From IMG/VR virus record IMGVR_UViG_3300023184_000094, positions 8,637 to 72,636 of that record: DNA of 64,000 bases; one strand, 5' to 3'. The notes beneath the pieces are model-generated. The model saw only the letters and a list, made by a program, of their open reading frames with translations, was not told the origin of the DNA and made no database searches. Origin of the DNA: a virus. Below are positions 1 through 7,791 of the stretch, piece after piece; within the stretch, counting starts at the first letter, position 1, and the number at the start of each line of letters is the position of its first letter. The position numbers were made by a program, and so were the translations under genes.

Positions 1-48
1 ATTACCCATTGCGGAAACGTAGTGTTGGTTTTAAAGGAGGTCCAGATA

Positions 49-282
49 ATGGATATCTTAGCAACAATTAAGAAGTGGGCAAGTGCCCTTGCAGATACAA
101 CAGTGAGTGTTTTGGCATTGTTGATCGTGTTAGAAGTATTATTCAAGGGAGCAGCTATCCCATTTCTACCAACAGTAGATGTCATTGGTTCAGTAACAGG
201 TATCATTAAATCAGTGGGATCAGAAGGTGTTGTTGGTCTAGTGGCAGTATGGGTACTGTATTCAATCTGGAAGAACAAATAA
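49..282 (+). CDS. Small membrane protein of unknown function (2-3 hydrophobic segments)
   Basis: ORF track gives 22..282, but AAGGAGG (34-40) precedes ATG at 49 (MDILATIKKW...). Hydrophobic stretches VSVLALLIVLEVLF and GVVGLVAVWVLYSIW. Confidence 0.75.
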   Translation: MDILATIKKWASALADTTVSVLALLIVLEVLFKGAAIPFLPTVDVIGSVTGIIKSVGSEGVVGLVAVWVLYSIWKNK

Positions 283-308
283 GTCTTTAGTTCTTTTTGG
301 TTTAAAGC

Positions 309-342
309 AAGCGTGAGTATTCATTTATATTCACGCTTTTTT
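309..342 (+). terminator. Rho-independent terminator
   Basis: AAGCGTGA...TCACGCTT inverted repeat followed by a T run, just after the 49..282 stop codon. Confidence 0.7.
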
Positions 343-356
343 ATTGACTCCGTTTT

Positions 357-795
357 AAGATGTCTGCGACATCTGCATTTCGCTTGCGCTCATGCTTTTC
401 TTTCTATTCTAATTAACTTTGACTCTTACTATGATTAATGTAAGCTCTTAATGCTTTATCTAGATCCTTCAGTCACAATTTACCTACTACAGGCAAATTG
501 CAACGATGAACTTTATCTGAGTCCTGTTCGCACACTAACTAGAAGAGATTGCATTCACTTGCACGGAGGCGGTCAGCCGGTACCCCCTACTCTAGATTTA
601 TCTGGCGGTAGCTCACATAGCCGTAGTTAGCCAACTATGTTTTTGCTCTCAGGTTGGTTTGTTTCAGAGCCTGAATCTTTTGGTTTTTACACCTAATTGA
701 TTGCCGTGTCGTCCTGTGTGTAGTCTTCTCTACACGTTCCAAGTAGGCATAACCTACCATCTCCTCAGGACACAGAAATACATCTGCATCATTGA
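357..795 (-). ncRNA. Putative structured non-coding RNA or cis element (alternatively a replication origin)
   Basis: ORF-free region with several stems whose mismatches read as G-U wobbles on the minus strand (GTAGGT/GCCTAC, ACATAGTT/GGCTATGT, CAATTTGCCT/AGGTAAATTG), a multibranch junction closed by GTCCTG/CAGGAC, and a possible pseudoknot CTAACTA/TAGTTAG. Confidence 0.5.
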
Positions 796-798
796 CTG

Positions 799-1233
799 TT
801 ATTTGTTAATTTTTAAATCTTTAACGGAATTCTTACCTAGTCTGATCTGGATGATGCCATTGTAGTTGTTTTCACGCAACAATACATCTTCCTTGAACTG
901 GTAATAGGCTTCCAAGTAGTTAGTTTCGCCACGTGACTCACATAGATGTATGATTTCACGAGTGAACTTGTCCTTGCCTAGTCGGTCTATGTCTGCTTGG
1001 AGTCTGGGACTTGAGCCCCAGTATTCTTTCCAATCAGTTTCGACAGTTTCCCTGCGCTTGTTTTTCTTGCCTTTTAGAGGTGGTCTCTTTTTGATGGTTT
1101 TGAAGTATTTCCTGCCAACATAATCATAGCCGTTGACAGTGTTAGTTATTCTGTAGATAAAGCCATAATATTCATTGATATCCTCAGACTCAAAGGGTTT
1201 ACCACGATAAGTCCAAGGATAATCATAGGTCAT
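799..1233 (-). CDS. GIY-YIG family (Seg-like) endonuclease
   Basis: GFIYRITN...YVGRK equals the GIY-YIG motif; YWGSS, conserved E in YLEAYYQ and YN near the C-terminus. Nuclease domain only. Confidence 0.8.
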   Translation of the reverse strand: MTYDYPWTYRGKPFESEDINEYYGFIYRITNTVNGYDYVGRKYFKTIKKRPPLKGKKNKRRETVETDWKEYWGSSPRLQADIDRLGKDKFTREIIHLCESRGETNYLEAYYQFKEDVLLRENNYNGIIQIRLGKNSVKDLKINK

Positions 1234-1234
1234 A

Positions 1235-1420
1235 TTACTTGCCTGTCATTGCATTTTTCTTATCTTGGATTTCTGCACGTCTAGCTTTGGCTAGTTTAGC
1301 TAGATCACCTAGTGCGCCACGAGCACGTGCCGCTGAAGCTTTAACGCCTTTGCCTTCAAATTTTTCTGATTCTGCTTTGTATAACTCAACTGCTGCTAAA
1401 ATATCGTCATGAATTGCCAT
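1235..1420 (-). CDS. Histone H1-like (Hc1-type) small basic DNA-binding protein
   Basis: KGVKASAARARGALGDLAKLAKARRAEIQ resembles the GNKAAGTRARK motif of short Hc1-family proteins; AAGGA RBS upstream. Confidence 0.6.
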   Translation of the reverse strand: MAIHDDILAAVELYKAESEKFEGKGVKASAARARGALGDLAKLAKARRAEIQDKKNAMTGK

Positions 1421-1442
1421 GTTTACTTTTCCTTTTTAAAAA

Positions 1443-1640
1443 TTATACTACCGATCTTGCCTGTTTCCTAGCGATTTCTTTACTAATCTTTGCCTTGTCT
1501 TTTTTGCGTTGTGTTTTATCTATTAATGCTGTTAATTGTGTTAGGTTTAACGGTCTTAATCTAGGTTTGCCACTTTTATATTGTAGTGGATGATTGTGTC
1601 TTTTACTTGGATGAACTCTTGCTGTTGCTCCGCCTGCCAT
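1443..1640 (-). CDS. Small Lys/Arg-rich hypothetical protein
   Basis: AAGGAG RBS directly upstream; very basic sequence; in operon context. Confidence 0.65.
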   Translation of the reverse strand: MAGGATARVHPSKRHNHPLQYKSGKPRLRPLNLTQLTALIDKTQRKKDKAKISKEIARKQARSVV

Positions 1641-1649
1641 ATTACTCCT

Positions 1650-2663
1650 TTACCATTCGGTTGCGTATTGTTGATTTACCACTGATATATTACATTTAGT
1701 CTTACATTCGGTCCAGGAAAAATTTTCAAATTTCTCGTCCCAGAACGCATCTTTCAACACAAGATCTAGTGGTTTTTTGTTTAAATTAAAACTCCGACCT
1801 AGGTCTAACCATTCATTATTATGTGAATAACGATTAGCTACCCAACAACAAGGAAAGAAATCCCCTTGGCTGTTGATGAATAAACCTTTGGAGCCAATAC
1901 CACACAAGGCTTTAACACCATTTATTTCTTTAGCTGATTGGTATAATCTTAGATTAGTCGCATGCCCTACGGTGGATTCCGTTCGTCCAGAAAGATTTAT
2001 AATTTCTCGTTGGAATCTATAATTACTACTGATTAATTCATCACGGGGCTGTAACTGGTCATTTTCGGGATATGCTGAATAAATCTTATGAAATTTAGTG
2101 CTACGGGTAATTTGAAACTGATCAAATCTCAATTTCCTTGCCAACTGCTCCATGTCTTTTAATCGATCTTGGTTAAAACTAAAAGCAATAGCGTCCCAGG
2201 TCATGTATGTATCACTGACAAATCTAAATGCAATAATGCCTGCTGTAATACTACTCCAATCACTGTTGATTCTGTATTGCTCATTACTAGTTTGATCCCA
2301 GCCATCTAAACTAAAATGTATGTGATCATTATGATCTAATACAACGCCTAGCTGTTGCCACCACTCAATACTTTTATAGCTTCCATTGGTAATAATAACA
2401 AACTTAATTGGTTTAACGCTCTTAAAGTATTTGATTACATCTATTAGATCATGTGCGTAGATAGGATCTCCGTCATCACCACAGAATGTAATCTTTTCTA
2501 CATTATTCTGGATAAACTCTGGAGTAAAATTTCTTTTAAAGAAATCTAGTTTAAGTTCGGTGTTGACTAGGGTATCAGGAACTTCTGTGCGAGCACAACG
2601 TGGACACTTCAAGGTACACTTACTTGATATTTCTATGTGCCAATGCCACGTTGCTAGTTTCAT
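1650..2663 (-). CDS. Radical SAM protein with C-terminal twitch/SPASM-like domain
   Basis: CTLKCPRC (CxxxCxxC), GDDGDP, ITNG, and C-terminal C...GDFFPCC...CKTKC. Confidence 0.85.
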   Translation of the reverse strand: MKLATWHWHIEISSKCTLKCPRCARTEVPDTLVNTELKLDFFKRNFTPEFIQNNVEKITFCGDDGDPIYAHDLIDVIKYFKSVKPIKFVIITNGSYKSIEWWQQLGVVLDHNDHIHFSLDGWDQTSNEQYRINSDWSSITAGIIAFRFVSDTYMTWDAIAFSFNQDRLKDMEQLARKLRFDQFQITRSTKFHKIYSAYPENDQLQPRDELISSNYRFQREIINLSGRTESTVGHATNLRLYQSAKEINGVKALCGIGSKGLFINSQGDFFPCCWVANRYSHNNEWLDLGRSFNLNKKPLDLVLKDAFWDEKFENFSWTECKTKCNISVVNQQYATEW

Positions 2664-4432
2664 GTAATATCGATATCCGTATTATAGCTGGTAAATCCGT
2701 TTTCTTTTACAACGGTAAGAACATTATTCACACGACCACCTAGTTCATCTCTATGTGATACTAGCCAAATTGATTTATGTGCATCACGCGACATCTTCTT
2801 AAGGATAGCCATGGCATTCTCTACACCCGACGCATCCATGCCCGAATCAATCAATTCATCGATGAATAACAAGTTGATAGGTTGATATAAACTTTCCCAC
2901 ACATCACGGAAGCTCCACGATAAGGAAAGTATAAGTCTATTACGTTCACCACGGCTTAGATTGTCAAAGTCTAGCTCACGTCCTAGTTCAGTGATGTTGA
3001 CGCTTAGGTCATTCATAAACACCACGGTATGGGGTAAGCCAATACGGTCAAGATATTGGCTCAGTCTGGCGTTCAAGTAGCTCAGATTTTGATCGATGAT
3101 TCTCTTACGGATATAAGAATCTTTATTAGTTAATAGCTTGTATAGGAATTCCTGATGATCTTTGACACGGCTAAGTTCATTCATCTTAGTATAATCAATT
3201 TCAGCAAGTGCAGTGGCCTTCATATCTGCGATCTGTTCAGTGTAAGGATCATCCTCTGCTGTCTTGCTGGTGATCTGTTCTTGTATGCTAGCGATACTAC
3301 TACGATGTTGGATAGCATCACCTTCATTATCATAGAATGTGTTGGGCATAGATCCTAGCTCACCCAATTCTTGTTTTGCTAGGATCAATGCTTCTAAATC
3401 TCCAGCGTGAATACCTTGCTGTATTTCTGCATCACGAAGTTTGCTTTCTTTGATGGCTAATAGTTCAATATGTTTTTCATCATGTAAATCTTGTTTACAA
3501 GTATTACACTTATGTTCACGTAGAGTAGCAATATCACCTGTTAAGTTGGCGATACCTTTGACTTCACGAGATAGGTCCTGCTCACTACGTGCTATGGCTT
3601 TGTCTAAATCTGTAATGTCTTTACGTTTTTGATTATAAGTTGATAATTCTTTATGTGCGGCTATCTCCGCGTCAATATCTAATTTAAGTAATTCATCTAA
3701 TGCTGTCTGTAATTTAGCGACATCATCTTTACGTTTAGTTAACCACAACATCTGACGACGCTGTGTGGCTTCAATCTGTTCTTCAATACGCTTATTGGCA
3801 TCAGTCACTGCCTTGATGTTGGCTTCTTCCTGTTGTATGGCGTCCTTTGTAGCCTTACTCTGCTCTTTGAGTGCTTCTGCCTTCTCACTCAATAAAGTAA
3901 TACCCAACAGTTGCTCGATTATAGCACGTTGATCGTTTGGCTTTAATGCTAGGAATGGTTCTGTGTATGTATTCAGAGCCACCACGTGCTTGAACATCTC
4001 ATGACTCATGCCCAATAAACGTTCAATCTCTTGTTGCGTTTCTCTGCTGTCGCCTTGACTGTTGTCGTCTTTGGCTTCTTGTTCCTGTTCACCGATATAG
4101 AATTTCAATACATTAGGCTTACGACCACGTTCAATCTTATAGTCGATACCATTGACCTCAAATTCGATAGTGACCAACATGGCCTTGGTATTGGTTTTGT
4201 TTACAAGATTATCTTTACGTATGTTAGTAAGTGCTGTTCCATATAAGGCATAGCTAAGAGCATTGATGATCGTAGTTTTACCTGTGCCATTTCTGGCACC
4301 AGTATCGTCACCACCCAGGTCGATATTTTCACCCAAGACTAATGTAAGGTCTTTACGGTCAAAGTTAACAGCCTGGGTGCTATTACCCACGCTCATAAAG
4401 TTTTTAACTGTGAGATATTTTATCTTGAACAA
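2660..4432 (-). CDS. gp46: Recombination endonuclease ATPase subunit (T4 gp46 / Rad50 / SbcC-like)
   Basis: Walker A NGTGKTT, coiled coil with CNTC zinc hook, signature LSRGE, Walker B LLFIDE, H-loop VSH. Confidence 0.93.
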   Translation of the reverse strand: MFKIKYLTVKNFMSVGNSTQAVNFDRKDLTLVLGENIDLGGDDTGARNGTGKTTIINALSYALYGTALTNIRKDNLVNKTNTKAMLVTIEFEVNGIDYKIERGRKPNVLKFYIGEQEQEAKDDNSQGDSRETQQEIERLLGMSHEMFKHVVALNTYTEPFLALKPNDQRAIIEQLLGITLLSEKAEALKEQSKATKDAIQQEEANIKAVTDANKRIEEQIEATQRRQMLWLTKRKDDVAKLQTALDELLKLDIDAEIAAHKELSTYNQKRKDITDLDKAIARSEQDLSREVKGIANLTGDIATLREHKCNTCKQDLHDEKHIELLAIKESKLRDAEIQQGIHAGDLEALILAKQELGELGSMPNTFYDNEGDAIQHRSSIASIQEQITSKTAEDDPYTEQIADMKATALAEIDYTKMNELSRVKDHQEFLYKLLTNKDSYIRKRIIDQNLSYLNARLSQYLDRIGLPHTVVFMNDLSVNITELGRELDFDNLSRGERNRLILSLSWSFRDVWESLYQPINLLFIDELIDSGMDASGVENAMAILKKMSRDAHKSIWLVSHRDELGGRVNNVLTVVKENGFTSYNTDIDIT

Positions 4433-4433
4433 A

Positions 4434-5450
4434 TTATAGGTGCCTATAGATATCTAATAATAAATTAGGATCGTAATGATCACTGGCGATATTAGTTAGT
4501 TGACTGGTCACGATACTGTCGATACTTTCAAATTTAATATTACCTAGCATGATGTCTGTACCAATGTCTGCATTCTTAACTGGTAATAATGTTAGTTCAC
4601 GTAGTTGGTAAGTGCCAACAAATGTTTCTTTAATGAACGTTGCTTCTTCATAACTGATATCAATGTCTAGGTTAACACGACAGTGCATGTTTGGTAATAG
4701 TAATGCTTCTGGGGTTCTAAGAACATCACTGAGATTCAACACACGATATCTAGGTTGTCCTGGCCAAGTATGGAACACAGGCTCTTGCCCCCACTCTAAG
4801 ATCATCATGCCACGAGCATCATCACCAGCGTCGGCATAGTTATGTGGAAAACAATTACCCATATAGGTAATATTCCCACGTGTCTGACGTTTGTGAAAGT
4901 GTCCAGTGAATACCTTCTCTACACCATTGAATGCACCTTCTTTGATCTCTCCGGTGTCGGGCATAGCTACCATGGCATTCATATAGAAGTGTGGTAGTTC
5001 TAGATGTCCAAACATATATTTGGCTGAAATCTTACCCAGCTTCTTATGATCATCACCAACTAGCCAAGGAACGATACTGACATCACCTTCACTATAGAAG
5101 TCGTTGATGATCTCAATGTTGGGAATATGACGTGCCCATTCGGCACTTTGAATATCACGCTTGTCACGATAGTATAAGTCATGATTGCCCGGAATAAAGA
5201 ACACACGATCAAAGGCCTTGCCCAATAATTCTAAGGCGGTAAGACTATAATTCAGGGTGACTATGTTGATAGCGGCACGATTGTTATGCCAATCACCTGT
5301 CATGAAACAGGTATCACAGCCCTCAGCTTTGGCGGTTTCTATAAACCATTTGACAAAGTTAAGACAATCGTCGTTGTGTGTGGCGCTGTTAGACTTTAAT
5401 CCAAAATGAATGTCAGTCAGAACAGCCGCTTTCTTGAATAGATTAGCCAT
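4434..5450 (-). CDS. gp47: Recombination endonuclease nuclease subunit (T4 gp47 / Mre11 / SbcD-like)
   Basis: Metallophosphoesterase motifs DIHFG, GDWH, GNHD, GHFH; adjacent to gp46. Confidence 0.93.
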   Translation of the reverse strand: MANLFKKAAVLTDIHFGLKSNSATHNDDCLNFVKWFIETAKAEGCDTCFMTGDWHNNRAAINIVTLNYSLTALELLGKAFDRVFFIPGNHDLYYRDKRDIQSAEWARHIPNIEIINDFYSEGDVSIVPWLVGDDHKKLGKISAKYMFGHLELPHFYMNAMVAMPDTGEIKEGAFNGVEKVFTGHFHKRQTRGNITYMGNCFPHNYADAGDDARGMMILEWGQEPVFHTWPGQPRYRVLNLSDVLRTPEALLLPNMHCRVNLDIDISYEEATFIKETFVGTYQLRELTLLPVKNADIGTDIMLGNIKFESIDSIVTSQLTNIASDHYDPNLLLDIYRHL

Positions 5451-5456
5451 AGTTAT

Positions 5457-5485
5457 AGTATACGTGAGTTAAGAGTAAAGTGCAA
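5457..5485 (-). promoter_or_regulatory. Sigma70-type promoter for gp47, probably giving a leaderless mRNA
   Basis: Minus strand TTGCAC-N17-TATACT; ATG begins 7 nt after the -10 box and there is no SD sequence. Confidence 0.65.
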
Positions 5486-5500
5486 ATCTTATATTGCCGA

Positions 5501-6382
5501 TTATTCTTCGTAGTGTCCACCACCAGCACCCCAGTCGCCTTGACGTGTGTAGCTTGGTGAATAATTGTTCATCTCTAAAATATCATCACGGATATTTTGA
5601 TTTCGTTTTTCTATGTTTAATACACGAGTGAAACTATTTGTGATAGCCGCTGTGTAATAAGCAAATGGATTTTGACTTTTTGCTTCGTCAAACTGTAGAC
5701 CAATTTGGCTTAATTGTAGCAATGCTTGACTGCGCATTTCGTCGTTGTAAGTATACCCACGCCAGTTTGATCTAGTAGCATATCGTTCACATAGTTTAAT
5801 AAACATATGAGCCAGTTTAGCAGTCATAGTGCCGTGATCTTTACTAAACTTGCCTTTTTCAACCCCATCTTTCCAGTGGCTTTTACCTACACAGATAGGA
5901 GTTAATTCTTCTGTAACTTGATAATGTTGAAACGGTGGAAAGTTAACCTTGGTATATTTGGTTGCACCCTTGACCACAACTGGTTCGTCATATTCAGTTT
6001 CAAAATTTTCTTCATCAGCATCATACTCTTCTTGTGCTTTAAGATCAGCTTTTTTCTGTTTAACGTCGTCGATCGGTATATGTTCCCAGGTCATGACGCG
6101 GAATACTACATCAGTTATGGGAATATCTTTAGTGGGGGTCAAGAATTCATCTAATTTACGTTTATTGCCTAACAGTAGTTCTGCTTCTTGTGCTTCTTTG
6201 GCCAGACGTTCTGCACGCATCTTGCGAGCTTCCTGCACTGCTTTTTTAGTAATCTTGTCAACGCCAAGGACAATCATGTCATAACTTTTTACTTCATCGC
6301 TGATAAAACTACAATATGTCAGTTTACTCTTGTGTATTTCCTTAAGAATATCTTTATTGTTTAGATAATTTACCTTTCTCAT
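5501..6382 (-). CDS. gp55: Late-transcription sigma factor (T4 gp55-like)
   Basis: N-terminal NYLNNKDILKEI and C-terminal NWRGYTYNDEM...FDEAKSQNPFAYYT typical of gp55; canonical position next to gp47/gp46. Confidence 0.85.
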   Translation of the reverse strand: MRKVNYLNNKDILKEIHKSKLTYCSFISDEVKSYDMIVLGVDKITKKAVQEARKMRAERLAKEAQEAELLLGNKRKLDEFLTPTKDIPITDVVFRVMTWEHIPIDDVKQKKADLKAQEEYDADEENFETEYDEPVVVKGATKYTKVNFPPFQHYQVTEELTPICVGKSHWKDGVEKGKFSKDHGTMTAKLAHMFIKLCERYATRSNWRGYTYNDEMRSQALLQLSQIGLQFDEAKSQNPFAYYTAAITNSFTRVLNIEKRNQNIRDDILEMNNYSPSYTRQGDWGAGGGHYEE

Positions 6383-6410
6383 GGGTTACGGGTTCCTTTT
6401 AACTACTACT

Positions 6411-6439
6411 ATTATAATACCTATAAATACTAAGAACAA
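6411..6439 (-). promoter_or_regulatory. Sigma70-type promoter for gp55
   Basis: Minus strand TTGTTC-N17-TATAAT, upstream of an AAGGAA RBS and the gp55 ATG. Confidence 0.55.
6422..6429 (+). promoter_or_regulatory. T4-type late promoter TATAAATA
   Basis: Exact T4 gp55 consensus about 25 nt upstream of the first structural gene. Confidence 0.75.
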
Positions 6440-6453
6440 GAGGTATTTTAAAA

Positions 6454-7485
6454 ATGGCACTAAATTTAGGCGGCATCTTTAGTCAATCTAACAGTCTAGC
6501 TCCCGGAGAATCCGGTGGAATCCCAGGTAGTAATACTGTGTTTGATCTGCTGAATCCTAGTAAAGCTCGCAGTGCTATCAGCGGACTTCTACCAGGTGGT
6601 ACTAGCAGTTTGGCTAAAGCCGTGCCTAATATTGGATTTCAAAATGCTTCAGGATCTGGCGGAGCCACTGCTGCTGCCGAAGACGATTGGCGTGTGCGTG
6701 TAAGTCTAGCCGCTGGTGCGGGTATATTCTATCAAGATCCTACACTGTTACCAAATGCTTTGATGTATCCTTTATTAGAAACCAATGGTGTTATTTGGCC
6801 ATATGTTCCACAGATCAGTGTAACACATCAAGCCAACTATACTTCAGCTGCCCTTACACATAGTAATTATCCCGCACACTTTTATAACAATTCAGAAGTG
6901 GCAGACATACAGGTATCGGGAGAATTTACCGTTCAAAGTCCTGCAGACGGACAATATCTAATGGCGGCTATATACTTTTTCCGTGCATCAACCAAAATGT
7001 TTTTTGGACAAGGTGCAAACGTAGGTAATCCACCACCAATAGTATTCTTAGATGGTTACGGTAGCCACTATTTCCCGCACGTGCCTTGTGTGATCACATC
7101 ATTCCAACACACCATGCCAGCAGAAGTAGATTACCTACAAGTGCCGATCAGCAAAACTACATTAACTGAATCAGCCGCGTCAGCACCAGCTGGACCAAAC
7201 AGTGCAGTTGATCTAGCAACTAATAGTATCACAGGCGCCAACTATGAAACATATACCCCGGCTTTACTAGATTCTAGCAAAGAAGGAACCAAGGCAACCA
7301 CGGCACCCACATTAGCATATAACACAATAACAACAACTACTCGTGTACCAGCAGTCAGCACTATAGCAGTGACCTTGCGTCCAATTTACAGTCGTAAAAA
7401 TCTACACGAACGCTTTGATCTTAACAAGTTTGCCAATGGTGACTTATTAGCAGACAACGACAAAGGATTTGGAGGATTTATCTAA
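6454..7485 (+). CDS. Baseplate/tail-tube-associated structural protein (tube initiator/cap-like)
   Basis: First gene of the late baseplate operon; PPPIVFLDGYG...PCVITSF pattern resembles tube-fold baseplate proteins. Confidence 0.5.
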   Translation: MALNLGGIFSQSNSLAPGESGGIPGSNTVFDLLNPSKARSAISGLLPGGTSSLAKAVPNIGFQNASGSGGATAAAEDDWRVRVSLAAGAGIFYQDPTLLPNALMYPLLETNGVIWPYVPQISVTHQANYTSAALTHSNYPAHFYNNSEVADIQVSGEFTVQSPADGQYLMAAIYFFRASTKMFFGQGANVGNPPPIVFLDGYGSHYFPHVPCVITSFQHTMPAEVDYLQVPISKTTLTESAASAPAGPNSAVDLATNSITGANYETYTPALLDSSKEGTKATTAPTLAYNTITTTTRVPAVSTIAVTLRPIYSRKNLHERFDLNKFANGDLLADNDKGFGGFI

Positions 7486-7787
7486 TGGCAGTTACATATT
7501 CAAGGACCAGTCCTTACGCTAACACCGACATCTATGGTTTCTTTTTAGATGTGGCTAATATTCCCGCTATACCGATTGACCCAAAAGATGTGGAATATCA
7601 GATTGACGCTATCTATCAAAGTCGCCCTGATCTACTAGCATTTGACTTATATGGTGACCCATCATTATGGTGGGTATTTGCTATACGTAATCCAAATGTC
7701 CTACAAGACCCTATATTTGATTTCCAACCTGGCGTCACTATCTATGTGCCGCAGAAACAGAATTTAACCTCAGCATTGGGACTATAG
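7485..7787 (+). CDS. gp53: Baseplate wedge subunit, gp53/LysM-like
   Basis: RPDLLAFDLYGDPSLWWVFAIRN is the typical gp53-like motif; TAATG coupling to the upstream gene. Confidence 0.75.
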   Translation: MAVTYSRTSPYANTDIYGFFLDVANIPAIPIDPKDVEYQIDAIYQSRPDLLAFDLYGDPSLWWVFAIRNPNVLQDPIFDFQPGVTIYVPQKQNLTSALGL

Positions 7788-7791
7788 GTAG

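Noticed and set aside
357-795. tRNA, tmRNA, RNase P, SRP or group I/II intron identity for the non-coding element
   Set aside because: No T-loop GTTCRA with CCA end, no GAGGAAAGTCC, no SRP GGAAGG loop and no recognisable P7 or domain V; it does not interrupt a gene.
2660-4432. LSRGE instead of LSGGE ABC signature as a sign of inactivation
   Set aside because: All other Rad50 motifs are intact and phage gp46 signatures are known to vary.
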